This document shows, piece after piece, positions 1 through 12,759 of a DNA stretch of 64,000 nucleotides. Each line of letters starts with the position of its first letter. Position 1 is the stretch's first letter. Origin of the DNA: Phyllobates terribilis (taxonomy: Eukaryota); the NCBI RefSeq assembly GCF_046119375.1, contig NW_027362831.1, forward strand, positions 6,324,001 to 6,388,000, written 5' to 3'. Both the position numbers and the translations under genes were made by a program. The notes beneath the pieces were generated by a model. That model saw only the letters and a program-made list of their open reading frames with translations, did no database searches and was not told the DNA's origin.

Positions 1-785
1 GTTTGGGACCTGGTCCATCCCCTTTTAGATAAGGGGTACAACTTGTACGTAGATAACTTCTATACGAGTGTACCCCTGTTGAGGTGCCTGTCTGCCAAAA
101 AAAACGTGGCCTGTGGAACCATACACCGGAACCAAAGAGCGCTGCCCAAGACTCTTGTCACCCAAAAATTAAAGGCAGGTGAAATAAAGGCACTCTGTAA
201 TGCAGAAATGCAGCTTGTCAAATTTTGTGACAAAAAAGATGTCCTCATGCTGTCATCTATACATGCTGACAGAAGCATCCAGGTCTCTGTACGCAGGGCA
301 AGTTCTACTGTCTGGAAGCAAGTCTGCATACAGGACTACAACGAGTTCATGGGTGGTGTGGACCTTGCGGACCAGATGCTGCAGCCTTACAGTGCCATTC
401 ACAAGTCTCACGTATGGTATAAAAAAACTTGCCGTACACCTTATCCAAGTGGCCCTATACAATTCCTTTGTTCTATACCAGAAAACTGGGGAACCAAGGA
501 ACATATCTTGAGTTCCAGGAAAAAGTCATAAAACACTTAATATTTGGAGACCAAGGGAGGGTGGGGGTTGAATCATCTAGCGCGGCCAGCAGTTTTGTCC
601 CCGGGCAGCATTTTCCATCACAAGTGCCACCGACAGCCAAAAAAGGTCGACCCCAAAAGAGATGCAGGGTGTGTTATAAAGGTGGAGTTAGAAGGGAGAC
701 CATTTACCAGTGTGACACTTGTCCTGATAAGCCGGGCCTCTGCATTAGGGAATGTTTCCGTCCCTACCACACATCCCTAGAATAA
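1..785 (+). pseudogene. piggyBac (PGBD4-like) transposase C-terminal part with two +1 frameshifts
   Basis: YNEFMGGVDLADQM catalytic-region motif; WYKK/LAVHLIQVALYNSFVLY; C-terminal Cys-rich domain CRVC...CDTCPDKPGLCIRECFRPYH. The frame changes at A7 (421-427) and G4 (488-491). Confidence 0.9.
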
Positions 786-1779
786 GTGGATTTATTTTTT
801 TCATTTTTACCCTTGCGACCTGCTACCATTTTCTGTTTATTCTTTTTATTTCTTCGTCCATTAATAAATTGGAGTCCAAAAAAAAAACTAAATTTAAAAG
901 TTAATGTTCACTATACCCCTAGATGAATACTGTAAGAGGAATTTACTGAAATAGCATACATTTTATTTTTTTTCGCCAGATTGACTATGCCGTGCCATCT
1001 AAAGAAGTCATTATAAACCTTTCTACTGTTTGGCGTTATAGAAATGGCGGATTTTCATGGAGGATACCTAGTACACGAGCTGTTTCTGGTCAATAAAGAA
1101 TGGGCTTTCTTATTGTTTTATTTGGCTATTATAAAGCCCGTTATACCTGCAAAAACTGCCCTCATGTACTGTGGCATACTGTCTCTTTATGTATTCTGTA
1201 AAAGGATGGGTTGTTCTGCGCTCATGGCATTTCCTACCTTGCCGGGCAGGGACCTGCTATAGTGTGCCAGCGTCACTTGGCACATCCGTCCCTCATATAG
1301 GGATTGATTGCGCTATAGAGAAGTTGTACAACTAGTCCCTTTTTTCCCGAGAGTGGCAGTAGATCCGGATGTTCTTTTATCCTGTGAACATGCTCAGCTT
1401 TGCAACATTGTTACACTCCATTTTGAAACATGTTGCCTTTCATTTCAATGCAATTTTTTCCAGCACTAATGAAATAACTTGTGGTATGCTCTGTGAGCAA
1501 GGTATAGTCGTATTTACTGCCAAATGTGATGCTGGGGACATTGTACCCTATATATATGAATTTATGACCTAAAAAGACAGGGTGCTCCATCCCTTTTGGG
1601 TCCGGTCATTCAGTCAAACTTTGCTAATGGCGCTACGTTTGCGCACAAGAGGAATCTGAATTTTGGAGTCCACTTCCTCACCTCTCACTATTATGGATTG
1701 AAAATTTGTCCTAAATATTACGCTTTGTGAAAAAAAAGAATTTTTTTTTTTTTCACACTCATTTTGAAGTAAATCCTCT

Positions 1780-3000
1780 AACAAAACGTGGATTCAAAAT
1801 ACTCATTACACCCATAAATTAATTCATTAGGCGATGCAGTTTAGAAAATGGGGTCAATTGTGGCGTTTCTGCTGTTTTGGCATGTCACGAACTCTATTTC
1901 AGCCAAATCTGTGTTGTAAAATTCAAATAGTGCTTCTTCCGCTCCGAGCCCTGCCATTTGTCCAAACAGTGTTTTTTGACCACATGTGGAATATTGCCAC
2001 ACTCAGAAGAAAGTGGGTAACAAACTGAGTGGTCCATTTTTTCATGTTACCTCTTGCAAAAGGGAAAAAATTGGGGCTAACACAACAGTTTTGTGAAAAA
2101 ATTGAAATTTTCTATATGACGATCTAATGTTATCACATTGTGTAGTACCTGTGGGTTCAAAATCCTCACTATACCCCGGGATAAAATCTTCAATGGGTGT
2201 AGTTTTCAAAATGGTATCACTTGTGGGGAATTTCCACTATTTAGGCACATCAGGGGCTCTCCAAACATGACATGGCGTCCATTGCAAAAGTCGAATGGGG
2301 CTCTTTTCCTTCCGAGCCCCCAAACACTAGTTTTCCCCACATATGGGGTATCAGCGTATTCAGGAGAAATTGCACAACAAATGGTATGGTGCATTTTCTC
2401 TTTTTCCTATTCTGAAAATGCTAAATTTGGGCATAAAACAGAAGTTTTGTAGTAAAAATAAGATTTTTTATTTTTTTCGGCTCAACGTCATAAACTTCTG
2501 TGAAGCACCTGTGGGTTCAAGGTGCTCACCACATATCTTGATAAATTCCTTGAGGTGTCTAGTTTCCAAAATGGGGTCACTTGTAGGGGGTTTCCACTGT
2601 TTAGGCACATCAGGGGCTCTTGAAACGCAACATGGCGTCCGCTACCGACTCCAGCCAATTTTTTGTTGCAAAAGTCGAATGGTGATCCTTCCCTTCCGAG
2701 CTCTGTCGTGACCCCAAACACTAGTTTTCCACCACATATGGGATACCAGCGTATTCAAGAGTAATTGCACAACAAATTGCATGGTCTATTTTCTCATGTT
2801 AGATTTGTGAAAATGCAAAATTTTGGACAAAAGTAAAATTTTTGTGGAAAAAAATAAAATGTTTATTTTTTTTCCATTCACATTCTTGTGAAGCACCTGA
2901 AGGGCTAATAAACTTCATGAATGTTGTTTTAAGCACCTTGAGGGGTTCAGGTTTTAGAATGGTGTCACTTTTGGTATTTTCTGTCATATAGACCCCTCAA
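1780..3000. repeat. About 360-bp degenerate tandem repeat (about 3-4 units) in the piggyBac subterminal region
   Basis: gtgg(a/g)ttcaa recurs near 1790, 2150 and 2510. The blocks ccactgtttaggcacatcaggggctct and ccccacatatgggg recur at about 360-bp spacing. Confidence 0.7.
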
Positions 3001-3481
3001 AGTCGCTTCAAATGTGATGTGGTCCCTAAAAAAATGGTTTTGTAAATTTTGTTGGAAAAATGAAAAATCGCTGGTCAACTTTTAACCCTTATAGCTACCT
3101 AATAAAAAAAAATGTTGGTTCCAAAATTGTGCTGAAATAAAGTAGATATGTTAGACATGTGGGAAATGTTATTTATTAACTATTTTTTGTGAAATATCTC
3201 TCTGATTTAAAGGCATAGGAATTCAAAGTATGAAAATTGTGACATTTTAGAAATTTTCCATATTTTTTTTCACAAATAAACGCAAGTGATGTCAAAGAAA
3301 TTTTACCAATGTTGTGAAGTACAACATGTCACAAAAAAAAACAGTCTCAGAATCAGGGGGATCCGTTTGAAGCGTTCCAGAGTTATTACCTCATAAAGTG
3401 ACAATGGTCAGAATTGAAAAAAAATGGCCTGGTCACTAACCTACAAAGTGGCTCGGTCCTTAAGGGGTTAAACGGAGTATA

Positions 3482-3640
3482 ATTATTATTATAGCGCCAC
3501 TAATTCCTTGGCGCTTTACATGTGTAACAGGGTATACATAGCAAACAACGAGTACAATAATTTGAACAAAAATTAGTCACAGACTGGTACAGGAGGAGTG
3601 AGAACCCTGCCGACGAGGGCTCACAATCTACAAGGGATGA
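3482..3640 (-). mobile_element. 3' tail of an L2/CR1-type LINE or SINE
   Basis: The minus strand ends tgtaaagcgccaaggaattagtggcgctataataataat: a GCGCC/GGCGC stem-loop plus an (AAT)n tail. Extent is approximate. Confidence 0.5.
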
Positions 3641-3859
3641 GTACAGTAGGTGAGGGAATATTTGACACGTTCCCTAAAAATTTCTGGATTAGTACCGCAG
3701 TAATATCTGATGTATGACGACCACGGTTTTAGGTACTGGCCTTGTAGTATGGTATTGGTCAGCGACCAAGTGTGAATAGTTTGGAACAACACACAACTGC
3801 CAGACTTTAAATGGAGTATAAAGAACGCCTTGTAAACACCACAACACACAGCTCTACTT

Positions 3860-3988
3860 CATACACGCACGGCTCCGCTCTGTACACCTCGTACACGCAA
3901 GGCTCGGCTACGTACACCTCGTACACGTAAAGCTCTACTACGTACGCCTTGTACACGCTCGGCTCCGCTTCGTACCCCTTGTACATGC
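3860..3988. repeat. 30-bp minisatellite, left part of the array split by Gypsy element 1
   Basis: Units such as cggctccgctctgtacacctcgtacacg match the array at 9197-9920. Confidence 0.8.
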
Positions 3989-4512
3989 TGTGATGGATCA
4001 GCTATTGGGTAGGCGCAGGTTCACACAGGAATGCAGCCTGCAGGTTCAAAAACAAACTGGTGGTTTATTAAATGTCCATAAACCAACCAGGAAAACAAAA
4101 CATAACAGCCTTTTTCTGGCACAAAAAGGTATAACAGAACAAAACTCAAAATAACCAGTCCATATGCAGCACAACTTCAGCCGCTTAAATGTAGTGATTT
4201 TCTCAGCCTCCAGAAGACTCTGAGCAGCACATGCAAGGTCTGCTCACCTTGCACAACACACAGTACACTAAGACAGGCGCAGCTGTCTTAAATCAGGCCT
4301 TATAAGACCTGAACTGGAGGTAAGTGAGCAGCTGTTCCCCTCCCCCAGCTTTTTCAGCTGCTCGTAAAACCCGGGCCTTTAAGCCGGGCCCATTAACTCT
4401 CTCTCAGCACTATGTGTGCTGGAGCCTGCTTCTTCGGGTCCTACATCACCGAAGCTTGGTACTTCAGGGACACATACCTCCCGTCCACGACCTGTCCGGT
4501 AGCAACCTTACA
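3989..4512 (-). repeat. 3' LTR of Gypsy element 1
   Basis: Aligns with 8669-9196 and is visibly diverged from it. The polypurine tract gggcagaaggggggta (minus strand) abuts it at 4513-4528. Confidence 0.9.
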
Positions 4513-5995
4513 TACCCCCCTTCTGCCCAAAGCGGGGGCCTCGGCACCTTCTGCCACCATACAATAGACCCTTGACAGGGCATCAGCATTCCCATGTTGT
4601 TTCCCAGGCCTATGCTCTACCTGGAAACTAAAATCTTGTAGGGCTAGGAACCATCTAGTTACTCGGGCATTGTTCCCCTTCTTTTCTCGCATTCACTGCA
4701 GTGGAGCATGGTCCGACACTAACCTGAACCTTCTACCTAACAGGCAATATGTCAGAGTGTCCAACGCCCACTTGATGGCTAAACATTCTTTTTCCACTAT
4801 AGAGTAGTTCTTCTCGCATGTGGACAGTTTCCGACTGAGGTACATTAGAGGGTGTTCCTCTCTGTTAATGTCCTGGGACAAGACTGCTCCCAGCCCAACA
4901 TCCGATGCATCCATCTGGACCACAAACTCTTTGGAGAAGTTGGGCGCCACCAAGACTGGCTGTTTACAGAGGGCCAGTTTCAATTCCTGGAAGGCCACTT
5001 CAGCTTCCGTGGATCACTTGGCCATAGCTGACTTCGTCCCTTTCAGCAGATCCGTCTGCTATCAGGGCAAATTTAGGGACAAATCTTCGATAGTAGCCCA
5101 CGATGCCTAGAAATGCCCTGACCTGCATCTTCGAGAGGGGCTGTGGCCAGTTCAGGATTGCCACGACCTTATTTATTTGTGGTTTTATTTCCCCTCTACC
5201 AACCGCGTAGCCCTGATACTTTGCTTCCTCAATCTCCGTGGCACATTTCTTCAGGTTGATGGTAAAGCCCGCCTTCCTTAGGGCGTCAAGTATGGCTTGA
5301 ACTTTTCCAAGAATAGTTTCCCAGTCCTGGCTGAATATGATGATGTCATCTAGGTAGGCTGCTGCATACTTTTTGCAGGGTGCTAAGATCCAGTCCATGG
5401 CTCTCTGGAAGGTGGCCGGAGCTCCCTGCAACCCAAACGCCATCCTGACATATTGATAACATCCGTCTGGCATCGAGAAGGCCATCTTCTCCTTGGCCTC
5501 TTTGGACAGGGGAATTTGCCAATATCCTTTGGTGAGGTCCAGGGTGGTGATGTACCGAGCGGGTCCTAGCCTTTCAATAAGCTCATCTAACCTAGGCATT
5601 GTGTAGGCGTCAAACTTCAAGACCTTGTTCAGCTTCCTATAGTTGTTGCAAAACCGTGATTCTCCATCTGCGTTCGGCACTAAGACTATAGGACTGGACC
5701 AGCCACTCTTGGACTCCTCAATGACTCCCAGGTTCAGGATCCGTTTCACCTCTTTCGAGATCACCTCTCTGCAGGCCTCTGGGCTCCGATATGGTTTTAG
5801 GTTGACACGAACATGAGGCTCTGTGAGTACTTCATGCTCTATGACCCGAGTGAGTTCTGGCAACTCCGAAAACAGGTCTTTATTTCGCTGTAGCAACTCT
5901 TTGCACTGTTGCTTTTGGGCACTTGACAGTGACTCTGCCACCTTGACCTCTTTCACATCAGCGTGAGGCTCAGCCACTAAACACGAAGCTTCCAC
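4513..5995 (-). pseudogene. Gypsy element 1 reverse transcriptase and RNase H
   Basis: WSSPIVLV, LDLTKGYWQIP, FGLQGAPATFQR, YLDDIIIFS; RNase H motifs DASDVGLGAVL, YSIVEKECLAIKWA, SDHAPL. Confidence 0.92.
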
Positions 5996-6010
5996 GGGTT
6001 CCCTATCTCG

Positions 6011-7100
6011 CTATGGCTTAATCAATTTGACGTTGTACACCTGGTAGGGCTTCCTTCTCTCTGGCTGGTGGAGTTTATAGTTGACCTCACCAACCTTTTC
6101 AACTATTTCGTAGGGGCCCTGCCACTTCGCCAGGAATTTGCTCTCCACTGTAAGTACCAGTACCCGATCCCTAGGGTTGAAGTGTCTCACTCGTGCTGAT
6201 CTATTGTATGCCCTAGATTGCGCCTCTTGTACTTGGAGGAGGTGCTCTTTCACGATGGGCATCACCCTGGCAATTCTCTCTTGCATTTGGGCCACGTGTT
6301 TGATTACACTCCTGTAGGGTATAGACTCCGCCTCCCAGGTCTCCTTTGCCACATCCAGGAGTCCTTGGGGGGTGTCAGCCATCCAACAGTTCAAAAGGGG
6401 AGAATCCAGTACAGGACTGTGGTACCTCTCTGATTGAGAAGAGAAGGTACGGAAGTAGGCTGTCCAGTCTCGGCCGTCCTTCTCTATGACCTTCTTTAAC
6501 ATGGCCTTCAAGGTTTTGTTGAACCTTTCCACCAAGCCATCAGTCTGTGGATGGTAGACTGAGGTCCGTAGTTGTGTGATTTGCAGAGTTTTGCACTACT
6601 CTCTCATCACCTTTGACATAAATGGGGTCCATTGGTCAGTTAGGATCTCCTTAGGTAACCCCGTTCTAGAAAAAAAATGGACCAACTCCCGAGCTATACA
6701 CTTGGAGGAGGAGTTATGTAGCGGCACAGCCTTCGGATACCATGTTGCATAGTCGAGTACCACCAGGATATACTGATGGCATCTGGCAGACTTTACCAGG
6801 GGCCCCACCAGATCCATGGCTATGCGATCAAAGGGCACCTCAATGATAGGTGACGGCACCGGAGGCGTGTCACCAGGGAGGTCAGCTGGCAGGTGGGACA
6901 TGACCTACAATAATTTACAATTTCTCGATGACAACCGGGTCAATAGAACCTCTGGAGGATTCGTTCCTGTGTTTTTTCTACCCCCAGGCAACCACCTAAC
7001 ACATGTGCATGGGCCATGTCTAATACCTTACGACTGTATATTCCCGGCACCAGCAACTGCTCGACGAGCTCCCTTCTCACCTTGGTGACTCGGTATAGCA
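6011..7100 (-). pseudogene. Gypsy element 1 integrase, located upstream of RT
   Basis: Zinc-binding region AHAHVLGG...CRSCPTCQ, IAMDLVGPL, ILTDQWTPFMS, VERFNKTLK and GPY/F motif KWQGPYEI. Confidence 0.9.
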
Positions 7101-7287
7101 AGTCCCCATTGACGGCAAAGTATGGGTATCTGGTGTCACCCCCGGCTCTTGAGCAACAACGTTAAGCATAGACACATTATCAAATGTTCCTTTAAGAGTT
7201 AAATCCCTGAGTTGGGCAGTTCCAAAGTTTCCCTCGGACACCTCCAGGTCAGGGATGTTGGCGTCAGGGGATGCTACCCCATCCTCA

Positions 7288-8647
7288 TCACCCACAAACA
7301 CACATGGGAAACTCTTCGGTTACGGCCTGCGGCGAGGTTTCTTCAGGGGTGTTCTGGCTGTCATTTGAGCAACCAGGTGTCACCACTTTCCCCCACGTCC
7401 CAGAATAATGCACAGTCCCGTGCATCAGGTGCAACAAGTCTTTAACAACCCCCACTTCCTGAGCTGTGGTGCCACAGTCCGCGTTTACATCCACCCGGGC
7501 AACAGGACAATTTTTAGCGTCCCCATGGATACACCGGACACCCACCACCTTCCCAGGAACCAGCCAATGAGGGAGTTTGGCGCTTATCAGGGTTAGCAAA
7601 CTTCCTGAGTTTGAGTTCACTGAGCACGCGTGAGGGCTCTCGCCGTGTTGATGAACCGCGCTACAAGCAGGGTAGGCAAAGTAGGAGCAATGCTGACCAG
7701 GGGCATGACAACTCCAACAGAGGATGGATTGGGACTGATTCCCCAGCTGCGATTCATCTGCCTCTTGGACTTTGGATGAACGCCCAGTTAAGATTTAGTC
7801 CCCTTCTTTTGAGAGCCCCAGAAAGGTTACCTAACCACTGCTTGACCACCCAAGGAAACCTCTACCGCCCGGTATCTCTCTACTAGGCCCACCAGGAAGT
7901 CTGCATTTTGGGCATCTCCCTGGGCAACACAGGACTAAATCGGCTTTGGCAGAGAGTGGATAAACCGATCCATGACCACTCTCTCGACCATCTGGCTGGG
8001 GAACAAGTCTCTGGCTGCAGCCACTTCTGTCCCCAGGTGTAAAAGATTAAGCATTTGTGACCAAGGAGGTTTGTCCCTGTGGAAGTCCCAGAGGTGGACT
8101 CGTTGTACTCTGACTGCCAGGGTTATGCCCAGCCGCACCAGGATCTCAGCTTTAAACTTGCTATACTCCTTAGAGTCCTGCAGTGCCAGCTCAAAATACG
8201 CCTTCTGTGGTTCCCCGATCAGATATCGTGCAAGATCCTCCGCCCACTGCTCCGGTGGTAGTCTCTCACGGTCCGCCACCCTCTCAAACACGGCCAGGAA
8301 CGCCTCAACGTCATCCCCCGGAGTCAACTTTTGCAACACCCCTCTTACAGTTTTCCTCACCTGGGTCTCGTTGCTTTGGCCTGGAGGTGGTGCGGCTTCA
8401 CTGATATGGAGGGCCTCCGCCAGGAGCGTCATCTATTCCTACTGCTGTCGCTGCTGCATCTATTGCTGTTGAAGCTGGAACTGTTGTACTATCAATTTGT
8501 TGGTCTCCTGCTGAGCTTGCTGCTGATGCATATTCGCTTGCACCAGTTGCTTTATCAGCTCCTCCATGCTGTCGGACGAATCTTGCTGGCTGGTGGCCTT
8601 CACCCAGGACATTTTCCTGTAGCAGTCACACTGCCCCTTGGGATTTG
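7288..8647 (-). pseudogene. Gypsy element 1 gag (SCAN-like capsid) and protease
   Basis: LQKLTPGDDVEAFLAVFERVA...WAEDLARYLIGEPQKAY and MVERVVMDRF (SCAN-like gag); degenerate CCHC knuckle CWSCHAPGQH; protease C-terminal part CIHGDAKNCP. Confidence 0.8.
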
Positions 8648-8665
8648 TGCCCGCATTCTCCACCA
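8648..8665 (-). promoter_or_regulatory. Primer-binding site complementary to the tRNA-Ala(AGC) 3' end
   Basis: The plus strand reads TGCCCGCATTCTCCACCA, the 18-nt 3' end (with CCA) of vertebrate tRNA-Ala(AGC) as recalled, 3 nt inside the 5' LTR boundary. Confidence 0.8.
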
Positions 8666-8668
8666 ATT

Positions 8669-9196
8669 TGTGACAGATTAGCTCTCGGGTAGGCGCAGGT
8701 TCACACAGGAATGCAGTCCTCAGGTTCCAAAGCAAACTGGTGGTTTATTAAATGTCCATAAACCAACCAGGAAAACAAAACATAACAGCCTTTTTCTGGC
8801 ACAAAAGGTATAACAGAACAAAACTCAAAATAACCCGTCCATATGCCGCACGGCTTCAGCCGCTTAAATGCAGATGCCTTTCTCTGCCTCCAGCAGACTC
8901 TGAGCAGCACATGTAAGGTCTGCTCACCTTGCACAACACACAGCACACTGAGAGAGGCGCAACTGTCTTAAATCAGGCCTTCCAAGACCTGGACTGGAGG
9001 TAAGTGAGCAGCTGATCCCCCCCCACCCCCAGCTCTTTCAGCTGCTCGTAAAACCCGACCCCTTAATCTGGGTCCATTAACTCCATCTCCGCACTATGTG
9101 TGCTGGAGCCTGCTTCTCCGGGTCCTACATCACCGAAGGTTGGTACTTCAGGGACACATACCTCCCGTCCACGACCTGTCCGGCAGCAACCTTACA
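8669..9196 (-). repeat. 5' LTR of Gypsy element 1
   Basis: Direct repeat of 3989-4512 with TG...CA ends. Confidence 0.9.
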
Positions 9197-9920
9197 GCGC
9201 ACAGATATGCACACCTTGTACACACACGGCTCTGCTCAGTACACCTCGCACACACGCGGCTCCGCTCCGTACACCTCGTACACATGCGGCTCCGCTCCGT
9301 ACACCTCGTACACACGCGGCTCCGCTCTGTACACCTCGTACACACGCTGCTCCACTCCATACACCTTGTACGTGCGTGGCTCTGCTCTGTACACCTCGGA
9401 CGTGCGTGGCTCCGCTCCGTACACCTCGTACATGCGTGGTTCCGCTCCGTACACCTCGTACATGCGTGGCTCCGCTCCGTACACCTCTTACGTGCGCGGC
9501 TCCGCTCTGTACACACGCAGTTTCGCTCCGTACACCTCGTACACACGCGGCTCTGCTCCGTACACCTCGTACACACGCGACTCTGCTCCGTACACCTCGC
9601 ACACACGCGGCTCTGCTCCGTACACCTCGCACACACGCGACTCTGCTCCGTACACCTCGTACACACGCGGCTCTGCTCCGTACACCTCTTACGTGCGCGG
9701 CTCCGCTCTGTACACACGCAGTTTCGCTCCGTACACCTCGTACACACGCGGCTCTGCTCCGTACACCTCGTACACACGCGACTCTGCTCCGTACACCTCG
9801 TACACACGCGGCTCTGCTCCGTACACCTCGCACACACACCTCGTACACACGCGGCTCTGCTCCGTACACCTCGTACACACGTGGCTCTGCTCCGTACGCC
9901 TCGTACACACGCGGCTCTGC
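9197..9920. repeat. 30-bp minisatellite (about 24 units)
   Basis: Unit cacacgcggctctgctccgtacacctcgta, which translates as the artefactual 10-aa repeat YTRGSAPYTS. Confidence 0.95.
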
Positions 9921-10329
9921 TACATCCACACTGTAAACCCCTCCTGACCCCACACATAAACTTCAGCTCATCCAGCACCATGACAACCAGCACAGCAGAG
10001 TCCTGCATCCACTGAGGCCCCTGATCATGTGACCCCTGACTCCTCCCCTCCTGTGACCTCATCACAGCTCCTGTGCGCACAGAGCAGCCATATATGTGGT
10101 GGCGGCTCTGCAGGTGGAGGTATGTGGAGACCCCCTATTACTGGGCGCAGGGGGCATTAACCCCTTCAGCACGGAGACTCTTTTGGGGTCTTGTGTTGCC
10201 CCTTTATAAGAATCATAAGGTTTTTGTTCTGTTTCCTGTAATAGATACATACGACCCAACTATAGAGACAGGAAGGGAGGAAACGTATTGTTCTCATAGT
10301 ACAGGACCCCTTTACTGCCCCAAATTGTA

Positions 10330-11480
10330 ATGCCCCCATTTTGCCCCTTATGCAGGATGTATGATGGCCCCACAGTGTAATGTCCCCATTATGCCCCTTA
10401 TGCAGGATGTATGATGCCCCCCACACAGTATAATGCCCCCATTTTGTCCCTTATGCAGGATGTATGATGCCCCCCACACAGTATAATGCCCCCATTTTGT
10501 CCCTTATGCAGGATGTATGATGCCCCCCACAGTGTAATGCCCCCATTATGTCCCTTATGCAGGATGTATGATGCCCCCCACACAGTATAATGCCCCCATT
10601 ATGTCCCTTATGCAGTATGTATGATGCCCGCACACAGTGTAATGCCCCCATTATGTCCCTTATGCAGGATGTATGATGCCCCCCATACAGTGTATTGCCG
10701 CCATTATGCCCCTTATGCAGTATGTATGATGCCCCACACAGTGTAATGTCCCCGTTATGCACTTTATGCAGTATGTATGATGCCGCTCACAGTGTAATGC
10801 CCCTTATACAGTATGTATGATGCCCCACACAGTGTAATGTCCCCATTATGCCCCTTATGCAGGATGTATGATGCCCCACACAGTGTAGTGCCCCCCGTTA
10901 TGCCCCTTATGCAGTATGTATGATGCCCCACACAGTGTAATGACCCCGCTATGCCCCTTATACAGTATGTGTAATGCCCCCATTATGTCCCTTATGCAGT
11001 ATGTATGATGCCCCACACAGTGTAATGCCTCCATTATGCCCCGTATGCAGTATGTATGATGCCACACACAGTGTAATGCCCCATTATGCCCCTTATGCAG
11101 TATGTATGATACCCCACACAGTGTAATGCCCCCATTATGCCCCTTATGCAGTATGTATGATGCCCCACACAGTGCCATGCTCCTTATGCAAGATGTATGG
11201 TGCCCCTTATGCAGGATGTATGATGCCCTCCACACAGTGTAATGCCTCCATTATGCCCCTTATGCAGTATGTATGATGCCCCCACACAGTGCAATGCCTC
11301 CATTATGCCCCTTATGCAGGATGTATGATGCCCCCACACAGTGTAATGCCTCCATTATGCCCCTTATGCAGGCTGTATGATACCCCCACACAGTGTAATG
11401 CCCCTTATGCAGTATGTATGATGCCCCCCCATTATGCCCCTTATGCTGTATGGATGATGCCCCACACAGTATAATGTTCC
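10330..11480. repeat. About 50-bp variable minisatellite
   Basis: Unit resembling atgcccccattatgccccttatgcag(g/t)atgtatgatgccccacacagtgta. A possible piggyBac-type left end (TTAA|CCCCTT) sits at 10157-10166. Confidence 0.9.
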
Positions 11481-12101
11481 CACAGTACCGCCTGAGGTCC
11501 TGCAGTTGGAATAAGTCCTGAGGTTTTACAGTTGGATTAATCCCTCTGGAGTTGGTTTTCCCTCTGCCTGCTCCCCTCCATGTATACTCTCGAGCATGTA
11601 TACAGGCATGTAGGGGAGCAGGCCTTACTAGATATTGAGGCTTTGTACAGTAATATATCACATGAAGATGATATCAGAGGAGTAAGATGTTTATAGAAAT
11701 CGAGATCAATAGAGTGTAGCAGACATAATGACTTCATGGAGGATCTTCTAAAATTCACTCTTACTCATAACTTCTTTCTTTTTGACAGGAAGTACTTCCA
11801 ACAGCTCAGGGGTACTGCGATGGGGAGCCCCTGTACCCCCTCATTTGCTAATCTATTCCTGGGCTGGTGGGAGGAAACCAAAATGCTCAGGGATGATTAT
11901 AAGTGGTGGCATCCATATATTGGGGCATGATATAGATATATAGACAACATTTTTATCATCTGGTCAAGGACGAGTGAGCAATGTCTTGAATTTGTCAGGG
12001 AACTCAATATCCATAGAATGGACCTTATATTTATATCAGAGTTTAATTATTACTAGTTGCCTTTCCTTGATGTACCAATCAAGAAAGTACGGGATGGGAG
12101 C

Positions 12102-12458
12102 CGGGGCTGTGGAGTCGGTAAGCCAAACCTTTGACTCCTACTCCTAAATATCCATGACACCGTCTCCGACTTCACGACTCCGACTCCCTCATACATGGCT
12201 CATGTTTAAGTGATAAATTTACAATAGGACACATTTTTCTCAGCTAAAAGTCTAGACCCTTAGATCAGGAATAGGAAAGACATTTATAGGACATTTCATA
12301 ACTTTCCCAAATTCTTATGAAAAAATATTCCTCACAAACTGCATTGAACTATTGTACCCAATTTATTATATATTTTAGGCGTCTGTGTGGGTCCATTTTA
12401 TACTGACTCCAACTCCGACTTCAGCAAAATGGGCACCGACTCCGACTCCACAGCCCTG
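12102..12458. mobile_element. MITE with C(A/G)GGGCTGTGGAGTCGG terminal inverted repeats
   Basis: Left cggggctgtggagtcgg and right ccgactccacagccctg, with internal ccgactcc repeats. No convincing TSD. Confidence 0.65.
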
Positions 12459-12759
12459 GTTTGGACCCTAGGGACACTCATCTACCATAAACTATTAAAG
12501 TGGGATAGCCACCACCGCATCCTACCAAAAAAAAAAAAACAATATCCAAGGGCCAATGTTTACAGTTGAGAAGAAACTGCTCTAATGTCACAGATATTAA
12601 TATACAGGCAATAGACATAAACACCAGATTCAAGGAAAAAAGGTACCCACAGTACATTTTGGATTCCGCACGATTGTTTGCAGAAAAACAGGAGAGAGAG
12701 ACACTCCTACATACCTAACCAAGACACCAAGAAAAATATGGGATAACACAAGTAATAGG

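Larger units (their letters stand above)
1..3467 (+). mobile_element. piggyBac DNA transposon, 3' part (5' end lies outside the window)
   Basis: Transposase C-terminus at 1-785, then about 2.7 kb of non-coding tail ending GGTCCTTAAGGGG (3467), followed directly by TTAA (3468-3471). This is the piggyBac-type GGG|TTAA terminus. Confidence 0.85.
3989..9196 (-). mobile_element. Gmr1-like Ty3/Gypsy LTR retrotransposon 1 (full structure, decayed)
   Basis: LTRs at 3989-4512 and 8669-9196, both TG...CA. PBS at 8648-8665 and PPT next to 4513. Minus-strand domain order gag(SCAN-like)-PR-IN-RT-RH, with many stops and frameshifts. Flanks ATGC/GCGC are at best an imperfect 4-bp TSD. Confidence 0.93.

Noticed and set aside
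3628-3849. 73-aa minus-strand ORF between the LINE tail and the minisatellite
   Set aside because: No recognisable motif or splice context.
9096-10080. Overlapping 250-310-aa ORFs in several frames on both strands
   Set aside because: These are translations of a 30-bp minisatellite whose unit lacks stop codons; no protein-family signature.
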